Assembly: GCA_964389655.1 (NCBI GenBank)
Contig: CAYMED010000007.1
Location: 31,399-91,936 of the forward strand
Length of the DNA stretch: 60,538 nt
DNA from: an uncultured Candidatus Poseidoniales archaeon
GTDB lineage: Archaea > Thermoplasmatota > Poseidoniia > Poseidoniales > CAYMED01
Direction: 5' to 3'
Below the pieces are notes generated by a model, which saw only the letters and a program-made list of their open reading frames with translations, did no database searches and was not told where the DNA came from. The position numbers were made by a program, and so were the translations under genes. This document shows, in pieces, positions 18,096 to 26,611 of this stretch; position 1 is the first letter of the stretch; each line of letters opens with the position of its first letter.

Positions 18096-19208
18096 TCATC
18101 TCCGATGTGCGTGGCCTACTGCCTCACTCAGCTCTTGATAACCATTCGCGGCCAATTTCTGTGATATACCTTTGTTAATTCGCTTCACGACACTTGGACC
18201 CTCAAACACGAGGGCACTGTATACCTGTAGAAGACTTGCACCTGCTGCTATCTTTTCCCAAGCGCTTTCTGCATCAGAAATTCCACCAACACCCACAATG
18301 GGAATGTTACCCTCTGCGTGCCTATAAATCAGGTGTACGACTTCAGTAGATCGATCGCGCAGCGGTTCTCCAGATAAGCCACCTTCTATTTCCATGAATT
18401 TGTCAGTCGAAGGACGGGAAATTGTGGTGTTAGTAGCAACGATACCTGAACATCCATGCATCATTGCAGTATCTACTAAAATTTTGATTTGGTCATCAGC
18501 GAGATCTGGTGAAACCTTCACCAAAAGGGGTTTTGGCGGGGAAGACACCTGTTTAGAGAGATTATGATTGACTTCATTGCATGCAGTCAAAATTCGGTCT
18601 AGCTCAGAGCCTGCTTGAAGTTCACACAAGTTAGGAGTATTGGGACTTGAAACATTGACTATGAAAACATCTGCAAAATCCCACAAATGCTGCAGCGTCT
18701 CAGCGTAATCCAGTTCTGCATCAGCATTTGCTGTCATTTTGCTCTTGCCAATATTGATTCCTACGGGAATAGAGGGCCAATGCCCCTTTCTTTTCAGCTT
18801 TGATAGATATGCAGCCATCGCTTCAGCCCCGGGATTATTGAATCCCATTCGATTGACCAGAGCCTTGTGTTTTCTACTTCGGAACATGCGCGGCTTTGGA
18901 TTTCCACCCTGACTATGCAGCGTGACTCCACCAATCTCAATCCAACCGAATCCTAGACATTCCCAATTGCGAATATTCATCCCCTTCTTATCCATGCCAG
19001 CTGCAAGACCAAGAGGGTTTTCAAAATCGAGAGTAAACACATCTGCGCAAATTGTAGGCGATCTGAATATCGTCCCTATGATCCAGCGCATCCCCGGAAG
19101 CGATAAAAGGATACGGAACAGTTTCGTTGCGGCCATATGCAGTGTTTCTGAAGTAAATGGCAAAACTGCCATCAGTGGCCGAGCGAAAATGCGCCAGAAA
19201 AACCCCAT
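18096..19208 (-). CDS. pyrD: Quinone-dependent dihydroorotate dehydrogenase (class 2)
   Basis: NPLGLAAGMDK, GNPKPRMFR, NRMGFNN, NIGK, NVSSPNTP, VKVSPD, NTT, GGLSG and GVGGI motifs. Confidence 0.95.
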   Translation of the reverse strand: MGFFWRIFARPLMAVLPFTSETLHMAATKLFRILLSLPGMRWIIGTIFRSPTICADVFTLDFENPLGLAAGMDKKGMNIRNWECLGFGWIEIGGVTLHSQGGNPKPRMFRSRKHKALVNRMGFNNPGAEAMAAYLSKLKRKGHWPSIPVGINIGKSKMTANADAELDYAETLQHLWDFADVFIVNVSSPNTPNLCELQAGSELDRILTACNEVNHNLSKQVSSPPKPLLVKVSPDLADDQIKILVDTAMMHGCSGIVATNTTISRPSTDKFMEIEGGLSGEPLRDRSTEVVHLIYRHAEGNIPIVGVGGISDAESAWEKIAAGASLLQVYSALVFEGPSVVKRINKGISQKLAANGYQELSEAVGHAHRR

Positions 19209-19260
19209 TCATACTCCGGGCCCAGCCGACATCCTTCAAGGGTTGCGCTCCTGCCGAGGT

Positions 19261-19677
19261 GTGGACCCGGCCGTACAGGCAATTTACGAGGCGGCTAGGA
19301 GGCTTCTAGGTGGCTCGGAGACAAGCATACTTCTACCAATACGATTCTCCGAGGATGCAGAAATGTTGCGCACTTACATGATGGAACATTTGCCCAAGCG
19401 GGTCACTGATTTAGTGGTTAATCATCACGATATTGCTTCAATTGTGATTCTAAATGGTGGTGACATGACTGCTCAAATTGGAGGTTCTGAACCACCTCCC
19501 CATGCAGTTTGGTCCCCTATCAATATCGATTCAGGATGGGGATTAATGATTGATGCCTGCAAAGATTTGCTGTCTTCCGGTTATCCGGGTTGCCGAGATT
19601 GCACTGGAATGAGCGCAGAGCCATGGAATGAGATCGAAAACAGAAAGGGATTCACCAGATCACATAATCGCCATTGA
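19261..19677 (+). CDS. Hypothetical protein with a C-terminal CxxC (GYPGCRDC)
   Basis: 3' part of ORF 18922-19677 that does not overlap pyrD; in-frame GTG at 19261; fills the gap to the topA stop. Confidence 0.6.
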   Translation: MDPAVQAIYEAARRLLGGSETSILLPIRFSEDAEMLRTYMMEHLPKRVTDLVVNHHDIASIVILNGGDMTAQIGGSEPPPHAVWSPINIDSGWGLMIDACKDLLSSGYPGCRDCTGMSAEPWNEIENRKGFTRSHNRH

Positions 19678-19681
19678 GGTG

Positions 19682-22018
19682 TCAAAACTGACTTTTTCTG
19701 CGGCGGCGATTTCCCTTGATGCCTAGTGAGTCCCTAAGTTTTGAGATGAATTCACTAGCTTCTGAAGCATTGAGTTCTTCGAATGTTTTACATCCATGTT
19801 CTGAACACATTTCTCCTTCATCCATCTCTGCCTTCTTTGCGAGGTCACGAAGGTATTTAGCCTGACGATCTGAAATTGGCCTTGGCTTATCACCACCTAA
19901 TATTTTGAGTTGGCCGATAAGGTCTGAAGCAGTTCCATTCCTTCCCCCTGTTAATTCGTCCAGCGAATTGAGGTCAACGAGCTGAGCCGCTTCCGAATCC
20001 TTTAGTTCGAGTCCATCAAGAAGGCTAGAGATGAATTTCAGCTGTTTTTCTGAAGGCCCTGCTTGAACGTCTTCATTTTTTAGTGTCTCAATAATCAACT
20101 TCGCATCTTCCCCACTTATACTCTCGGGATCACGACCGTCAAGTAAGAGAGAGCGTCGTTCCTTCGGCACAGCTGCAAGCAATTTTAGCATATACGCGAG
20201 TTGCTTGGGAGTGGGAGTTTGGCGACGGAGGTCCAATGCATGATCATGTGCATCTTTAAATTCCGACACAAAGGAATGCCAAATTTCTGGCGCTGGAGTT
20301 TCCCCATTTTCAATGGAATCTAGACGTACTTCCATCTCTGCTGTGAAATGTGCTTCAAACACGCCACGGCTATTACTTCCTGATCCATACATAGGAGCTA
20401 CGGAGAGCCAAAGTGTCTTTCCACCCTCGGTTGGCTTAAGTGCACCATTATCTTCAACCAGATATTTTCGCTTTTCATCTAGTAACTTATCGATCGTCGA
20501 GGCATAGGTCGACGGCCGTCCAATTCCCTCATTTTGCATTTTTTCGACAAGTGTGTGCTGACGATATCGAGCGGGTGGCTTTGTTTCATCTTCGATCAGC
20601 CTCGGGTTTTGTTTGTTATTTTCATCAAGATAAAGAGTTCGTCCAACTTCAATTGGAGGCTCAGGGGGGGACGTAAGTGGTTGAGCACGCAACTCCCCAA
20701 AGGCTGCTTCCCATCCTGAATGAATGCGCCATGAGATACTCGATGTCCATGGTCGTTCAAACCCGCCCACTTTAGCACGTATGCTGAGTGTCTCAAATTT
20801 CGCATTCGACATCTGACTTGCCGCAAATCTAGCCCATATGAGACGATAAAGGATATTCTGCTGGTCATCCAACCCATCAGGAGAAAGAACTGTTGAATCT
20901 GTAGGCCGGATCGCTTCATGAGCATCTTGAACATTCTTTTTCCCCTTTTGCACCTCACCCCCCACACCCGGTTCAGGACGAAGGTGTTCAGATCCCCACT
21001 GAGATACAATATATTGGCGGACCTCACTTCTAGCCTCAGGGTTTGTTCGAGTTGAATCAGTACGTATATAGGTGATATGACCTGCATTGTACAAACTACT
21101 AGCCACTTGCATTATTTTCTTAGATCCCCATCCAATTTTTGGATGTGAGCCTGCAGTTCTGAGGAGTGAGGGGGTTGAGAAAGGGGGCTTCGGAGAAGAA
21201 GACCTTGTCCCATCCTTGGTATTAGTTACCTGCACTCCGCCTTCCTCATTGATTGTAGATCGAGCCAAATTAGCAAGGGATAGGTCATTTGTCCGATAAG
21301 GATGATGCTTTGGGGGTTCTGCATCCCGATCAAACCACGCATCTGGGTCTTCTTTCTCATGGAATCGTGCTTTGAAGGTTAAGCCTCCTGCCTCGGCATC
21401 TACCGCATAGAATGGTTGTGGCACAAATGCTTCACGTTCCAATTCCCGCTCCACAATAAATCCTAAAGTTGGTGTTTGGACACGACCCATGGATTTCAGC
21501 GACCATGATTTTGAAAATTTGGAACTTCGAAAACCCACAAGTCTATCCATAAATCGACGCACTTTAGCTGCATTAACAAGTGATTCATCGACTGATCTTG
21601 GGTCAGACAAAGCTGCCACAACTGCATTTTCAGTAATTTCATTAAAAGTAATGCGCTGTGTCGAAAAGTCCCCGAATATCTCCGAAAGTCGCCAAGCAAT
21701 GAATTCACCTTCCCGGTCAGGGTCAGTGGCAATGAACACCTTGTCCGCTTTCTTCTTACGCGCTTTCTCAAGCAGTGGCTTGATGACCATTTCGGCACTT
21801 CTGCCTCTCTGATCGACCACCCAAGGCCACGGGGGGGAGGGTAGGGAGTCCTCAGATGCGGCCCACATTGCCTTGTTTGCCTGTTTTCGATCAGGGTATT
21901 TGGGCCCAGGGAGATCTTGTACATGGCCTTGACAGGAAGAGACAATGTAGTTCCCCCCAAGAAAACCCCCTATTTTTTTCGCCTTCGCGCTGGATTCAAC
22001 TATGATCAGGTTGACCAT
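19682..22018 (-). CDS. topA: DNA topoisomerase IA
   Basis: TOPRIM IVES..KAKKI, ATDPDREGE, GRVQTP, ITYIRTDS (catalytic Tyr), DAHEAIRP and GIGRPSTY motifs; C-terminal helical repeats. Confidence 0.96.
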   Translation of the reverse strand: MVNLIIVESSAKAKKIGGFLGGNYIVSSCQGHVQDLPGPKYPDRKQANKAMWAASEDSLPSPPWPWVVDQRGRSAEMVIKPLLEKARKKKADKVFIATDPDREGEFIAWRLSEIFGDFSTQRITFNEITENAVVAALSDPRSVDESLVNAAKVRRFMDRLVGFRSSKFSKSWSLKSMGRVQTPTLGFIVERELEREAFVPQPFYAVDAEAGGLTFKARFHEKEDPDAWFDRDAEPPKHHPYRTNDLSLANLARSTINEEGGVQVTNTKDGTRSSSPKPPFSTPSLLRTAGSHPKIGWGSKKIMQVASSLYNAGHITYIRTDSTRTNPEARSEVRQYIVSQWGSEHLRPEPGVGGEVQKGKKNVQDAHEAIRPTDSTVLSPDGLDDQQNILYRLIWARFAASQMSNAKFETLSIRAKVGGFERPWTSSISWRIHSGWEAAFGELRAQPLTSPPEPPIEVGRTLYLDENNKQNPRLIEDETKPPARYRQHTLVEKMQNEGIGRPSTYASTIDKLLDEKRKYLVEDNGALKPTEGGKTLWLSVAPMYGSGSNSRGVFEAHFTAEMEVRLDSIENGETPAPEIWHSFVSEFKDAHDHALDLRRQTPTPKQLAYMLKLLAAVPKERRSLLLDGRDPESISGEDAKLIIETLKNEDVQAGPSEKQLKFISSLLDGLELKDSEAAQLVDLNSLDELTGGRNGTASDLIGQLKILGGDKPRPISDRQAKYLRDLAKKAEMDEGEMCSEHGCKTFEELNASEASEFISKLRDSLGIKGNRRRRKSQF

Positions 22019-22169
22019 TCCCTCAGCACCTTTCGCGATTGCGGTGTCACACGGTCATAAATATGCGTGACTCAAATTCAGCATCCGAGGATCCCGAAAA
22101 CCACTTTTTTGACGGAAATCAGGAGTAGGTATACCGAGAGATGATGAGCAAGTCGTGTATCCACTGCCC

Positions 22170-23378
22170 ATGGCAGAGGTCGTCGACGCCCTCATCATCG
22201 GTGCGGGTCCAATTGGAGGTTGGCTCGGAAAACGCCTAGCAGAAAATGGTGCCAAGGTACTACTCATTGAAGAACACCTAGAAATTGGTCGCCCATTCCA
22301 ATGCGCAGGACTAGTTACTCCAAGTGCGATGGAAATCGTAGAGGGGCATGACTCGGTCTTGACGCCAATCTATGGAGCAATTATGCACAGCCCTACTGGG
22401 ATCTCAATCAGGGTAGGGAAAGAAGACACCGTACGAACGTGGTCTGTTTGCAGGAAACTTTTCGATCAGGGGATCGTGGCCAAGGCTCAAGCAGTTGGGG
22501 CGAGATTGATGCTAGATTGCAAGCCTATTTCGGCATCAATTGAGGGTGACGGAATGTCATTAGAATTGCAAAGAGGTGATGAAAGGATTCCCATCAAAAC
22601 ACGCCTTTTAGTTGGAGCGGATGGTGCACATAGTTGGGTCAGGCAACACTTCCGAATGGGTAGGCCAAAAGAAATGATGATTGGTTTTCAAGTTGAAGCC
22701 ACTGGTTTCGAGAGTGAAGATGGTTGGCTCGAGATGTTCACAGGAAGGGATATCGCTCCAGGACTATTTGCTTGGGCAATACCAACTGGAGATACACATC
22801 GAATCGGCGTGTGGGTACGAACTACTGATTTAGACCAGCGTCATGCGGTTGATCTTTACACTGCCCTTAAAGCACACCCACTCCATGGCAAGCGCGTTGC
22901 TGCTGCAAAAGAAATTGCGCGGTATTGCGGACCCCTTCCTTGTGGAGTTGTACGTCGCCCATGGAAGGATCGGACGATCCTAGTGGGTGATGCTGCCGGT
23001 CTTGCCAAACCAACCACGGGAGGGGGAATTGGCCCAGGAATCAGACAGATTGAAGAAATTCTACCACCTCTTCTTGAGGCATTAAATCTGGACAACCTCA
23101 ACACACGAGGCCTCGAAAAAGTGATGAAATCAACCATGAAAAAATTCAGGAAGGAGTTTGAACGCGGACGCATATTGCGAGACACATTTGTTACTTCCAA
23201 AAATGACTCAGAACTCGATGAGGTGTTTTCCGTATTTGCCCAAGATCATGTTATTTCGCTAATTAATTCGGAGGGTGACATCGAAAAGCCTGTGCGCTTG
23301 GGGATGTCCCTCCTCCGAAAAGTCCCCGAATTTCGCCGCTATGCGAGTCGCGCCACGTGGGCACTCCTCAAAGGATAG
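22170..23378 (+). CDS. Geranylgeranyl reductase family FAD oxidoreductase (DGGR-like)
   Basis: IIGAGPIG, PFQCAG, GADG, PGLFAWAIP and VGDAAGLAKPTTGGGI motifs. Confidence 0.88.
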   Translation: MAEVVDALIIGAGPIGGWLGKRLAENGAKVLLIEEHLEIGRPFQCAGLVTPSAMEIVEGHDSVLTPIYGAIMHSPTGISIRVGKEDTVRTWSVCRKLFDQGIVAKAQAVGARLMLDCKPISASIEGDGMSLELQRGDERIPIKTRLLVGADGAHSWVRQHFRMGRPKEMMIGFQVEATGFESEDGWLEMFTGRDIAPGLFAWAIPTGDTHRIGVWVRTTDLDQRHAVDLYTALKAHPLHGKRVAAAKEIARYCGPLPCGVVRRPWKDRTILVGDAAGLAKPTTGGGIGPGIRQIEEILPPLLEALNLDNLNTRGLEKVMKSTMKKFRKEFERGRILRDTFVTSKNDSELDEVFSVFAQDHVISLINSEGDIEKPVRLGMSLLRKVPEFRRYASRATWALLKG

Positions 23379-23380
23379 GC

Positions 23381-24769
23381 TCAGCTAGAACACATGAGTG
23401 ATTCAATTTCATCAATAGTCTTTGGGCAATCTGCAGATAGGACGTCAGGTCCATCAGAAGTGATGTGAACATCATCTTCAATTCGAACTCCAATCCCTTT
23501 CCACCGTGAATCAATCATATCAAGATCTGAGCGCCAACGAGCGATGTAAATACCTGGTTCAATGGTGAGGACCATACCCTCCTCAAGGAGGCGTGGACTG
23601 TCATCTGGCCGATACACACCGACATCATGTACGTCAAGTCCAATCCAGTGACTGGTATTGTGCATGTAAACAAGTTGAAGAAAATTTTCAAGAATCGAAT
23701 CCATTGATTCAGAAAACACACCCAAATCATGTAGTCCTTGAGCTAAAATCTCCTTGGCAACATTGTGAGGCTCGTCATATGGCGCACCTACAACGCAAGC
23801 ATTGATTGCAGCCTCTTGAGCGCTGAGAACCAGATTATACAGTACACGCTGCTCGGTAGAAAAACTTCCAGAAATAGGCCAAGTTCTAGTCACATCTGAC
23901 GTATAACCACGATATTCTGACCCCGCGTCAACAAGGAGAAGGTCACCTGCCAAGAGGGGAGCATTATTTGCCTGATAGTGCAAAATGGTTGCATTATCCC
24001 CTCCTCCAACGATCGAAGGATAGGCCCATCCATCGGCGCCCAGCCATCTAAACGCGCCTTCAAGTGTTGCTTCGATCTGCCATTCACCCATATCCGGAGA
24101 GGTGGCAACCATAGCTGCCTTATGTGCTGCGGAGGTTATTTGTGCAGCATAACGCATCTGCTCAACCTCTGCTGGTGACTTTCGCAACCTTGCCTCAGCA
24201 AACATTTCGCGTGGGTCAATGACTTGATGAGGACCCTTTCCTAATCGCTGACGGTCTCGGTTTTCTTCACTCAAAGCGCGTAGTAGCATTTCATCGAGTT
24301 CACTGTGCTCACCAAATACGTGGTAAATCGTGCCAACGTTTCCAATATTTTCCGAGATCCATCCATCAAATTCACCGATCACATGCGCCTGATCGATGGG
24401 GAATTCATCTTCAGCACCGATTACACCCAATCTCCTACCAGTCCAAGTTTCTCGTTCGGCATCTTTAGGCGCTACAAATAGATGCCAAGAAGTACTACAT
24501 GTTGCATCAGAAAAGGCAACAAGGACCCCTTCCTCTTCAAGCCAGCCCGACAAATAGAGCACATCTGAAGATGGCCGATATCGATGATTAACGTCTCGCG
24601 AACGAGAGCGTGTTGGGTTGTTTGGGACAATTAGCATGCTTCGAGCACTTAGTTGCTGGCTAATTTGAGATTGGCGCTTTTGATATTCATGCTTTGAAAT
24701 AGGTGGGGGCGGAGACGAGGCAATAGGGGCCATGGAAAAAGGGGCCATCAACAGTAACCGGGAGGGCAT
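23381..24769 (-). CDS. pepP: Xaa-Pro aminopeptidase (aminopeptidase P)
   Basis: AMP_N domain (RSRDVNHRYR, TWTGRRLG) and M24 motifs ILHY, LVDAG, SDVTRT, HWIGLDVHD, TIEPG and GVRIEDD. Confidence 0.93.
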   Translation of the reverse strand: MPSRLLLMAPFSMAPIASSPPPPISKHEYQKRQSQISQQLSARSMLIVPNNPTRSRSRDVNHRYRPSSDVLYLSGWLEEEGVLVAFSDATCSTSWHLFVAPKDAERETWTGRRLGVIGAEDEFPIDQAHVIGEFDGWISENIGNVGTIYHVFGEHSELDEMLLRALSEENRDRQRLGKGPHQVIDPREMFAEARLRKSPAEVEQMRYAAQITSAAHKAAMVATSPDMGEWQIEATLEGAFRWLGADGWAYPSIVGGGDNATILHYQANNAPLLAGDLLLVDAGSEYRGYTSDVTRTWPISGSFSTEQRVLYNLVLSAQEAAINACVVGAPYDEPHNVAKEILAQGLHDLGVFSESMDSILENFLQLVYMHNTSHWIGLDVHDVGVYRPDDSPRLLEEGMVLTIEPGIYIARWRSDLDMIDSRWKGIGVRIEDDVHITSDGPDVLSADCPKTIDEIESLMCSS

Positions 24770-24775
24770 GAATTC

Positions 24776-26560
24776 TCAATCCTTCGGACGTTGTTCAACC
24801 CAATTTGGCAGTCTCCTCTTTCGGTGCAGCAGCACCAGGGTCACGAGGCCGGCTACCAACATCCCGGAAACAAACACAGAAATGGGATATGCGGAATTCA
24901 CTTTTTCTTCTGAAGAAAGCGCTGAATTCCCTGAAGGAAGGTTGATCAAAAATATCTTTTCATCGGATGCTCCGTCATCATCGGTAATTCGCACGCGTAG
25001 TTCTAGGGGGGCTTCTCCATCCAAATTCATTGGGTCAATCTGAGAATCCCATTCAGAAGACATCGAAACATTTTGTAACCACCACTCCACATTCAAGGTG
25101 GGGAAATCATTCGCCGTATCAGAACCATTCCAAACCCCCACCTTCACCGGTAAAAAATGCGGAAATTGAATGCCATCAGACGAATTTAGTTTCACGCCAC
25201 CTATTGTCAGTGAAATTCTTGGTTCTCGGTTTTCAATTTTGATTGTGTGCAGTACATGGGCAGAGCGGCCCACTTCATCCACAACTATTGCGCGTATTCG
25301 GAACGTTCCTGATTGGTACGTCGAAACTAATATACTCCGATCTGAATTTGAAATAGTGTAGGTTTGAGGTGTAGCATCTGTGGTTGATACAACACTCCAA
25401 TTTATTGAGCAAGTTGATGGGCATGATTGATTTCCATCTTGTACGTTTGCAGTTACAAGTACGCCGTCTGCCGATTCTTCAACCTCAGAATTTGCATCGA
25501 GTGTGATACTCGGTGCAGTTCGATCAATCAAGATAATTCTACAAGATTGCCAAACTGTGAGGTCATCTTCCTGAACACGTAGAGCAACAAGTAATGCACC
25601 TTCATCAAAGGTACGAAGGTCAATTGATTTTGCATTTTTGTCGATGTTTTGCCATGACACGTCATCACTTGGCGGGGTCGCAGCACAGCGGTCACTGATT
25701 GTAGGTCGGATATTCAATGCCTCTAGGGCAACTTGTACAATGCCATTCGCACTAAGATTTGACCAACGAGCTATGCCCAATTCCAGATCTAATTCATCCG
25801 TCCAATTGCCGGCATATGGGTGTGACCAGGTGATTGTCGGCTCTAATCCGAGAGCAGGGATCCAGTCAATTAATGCCGATGAATTTCTTCCAACTAAACC
25901 ATCCAAATCAACTGCTTCAACTGCAAGAGCACACACACAAGGGGAAACTAGAGAATGAGCGATATCCCAGCGGAATGAAGTCGGTGATGTAAGTTCACTA
26001 CTTGGGCCAATTCCATTCGGGAGAATCCAGCCGCTTTCTAGCGGCTCGCCTTCTGAAATCCATGACCAACGGAGAGTTGGTGGACCTTGATCATCTGACG
26101 TGCGGCCATGTGCCAGAATTTTACCATCTCCCAATTCAATACTATCAATCGACACAGTCGGGGCACTACCAAGAACTGTTGGTGTGATTGCCGAGACATA
26201 CGCGAAGGCGAGATCATCCAGTGCAGTTGTTGCACGCACCTCTACCTCGTGCTTGCCTTCACTAAGATGAGCGGGCCAATGTATCCACCAATTGACATAT
26301 GCATCCTCATTTGAATCTGACAAAATCGCATTCCGCCAAGTTCCAAGGTCAACTCGCACTTCAACTCGCACTAAATTTCCCATTCGGTCATGGACACTCC
26401 CCGACATGAAGGCATCATCAGATAGCAGAATCTCGCCATCCCCTGGTGCGTCGATTTCAACCATGTAATCTGAAGATTGCTCTGCAGATACCCCATGGAG
26501 AAATGCGGGTGGAATTGAGGCGATCAGCATGATCATAGCCAGTCCCTGAAGGCGCCGCAT
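24776..26560 (-). CDS. Exported Ig/PKD-like multi-domain surface protein with a C-terminal TM anchor
   Basis: Signal peptide MRRLQGLAMIMLIAS; beta-sandwich motifs (GKHEVEVRA, IDRTAP, RITDDDGA); C-terminal TM helix followed by RKRR. Confidence 0.7.
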   Translation of the reverse strand: MRRLQGLAMIMLIASIPPAFLHGVSAEQSSDYMVEIDAPGDGEILLSDDAFMSGSVHDRMGNLVRVEVRVDLGTWRNAILSDSNEDAYVNWWIHWPAHLSEGKHEVEVRATTALDDLAFAYVSAITPTVLGSAPTVSIDSIELGDGKILAHGRTSDDQGPPTLRWSWISEGEPLESGWILPNGIGPSSELTSPTSFRWDIAHSLVSPCVCALAVEAVDLDGLVGRNSSALIDWIPALGLEPTITWSHPYAGNWTDELDLELGIARWSNLSANGIVQVALEALNIRPTISDRCAATPPSDDVSWQNIDKNAKSIDLRTFDEGALLVALRVQEDDLTVWQSCRIILIDRTAPSITLDANSEVEESADGVLVTANVQDGNQSCPSTCSINWSVVSTTDATPQTYTISNSDRSILVSTYQSGTFRIRAIVVDEVGRSAHVLHTIKIENREPRISLTIGGVKLNSSDGIQFPHFLPVKVGVWNGSDTANDFPTLNVEWWLQNVSMSSEWDSQIDPMNLDGEAPLELRVRITDDDGASDEKIFLINLPSGNSALSSEEKVNSAYPISVFVSGMLVAGLVTLVLLHRKRRLPNWVEQRPKD

Positions 26561-26611
26561 CAATTCTGACAAACGAGTGTAAGGGAAGAACACTACGTGT
26601 AGATGAGCAAC

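Noticed and set aside
18922-19260. N-terminal half of the 251-aa ORF
   Set aside because: Mostly an antisense shadow of pyrD.
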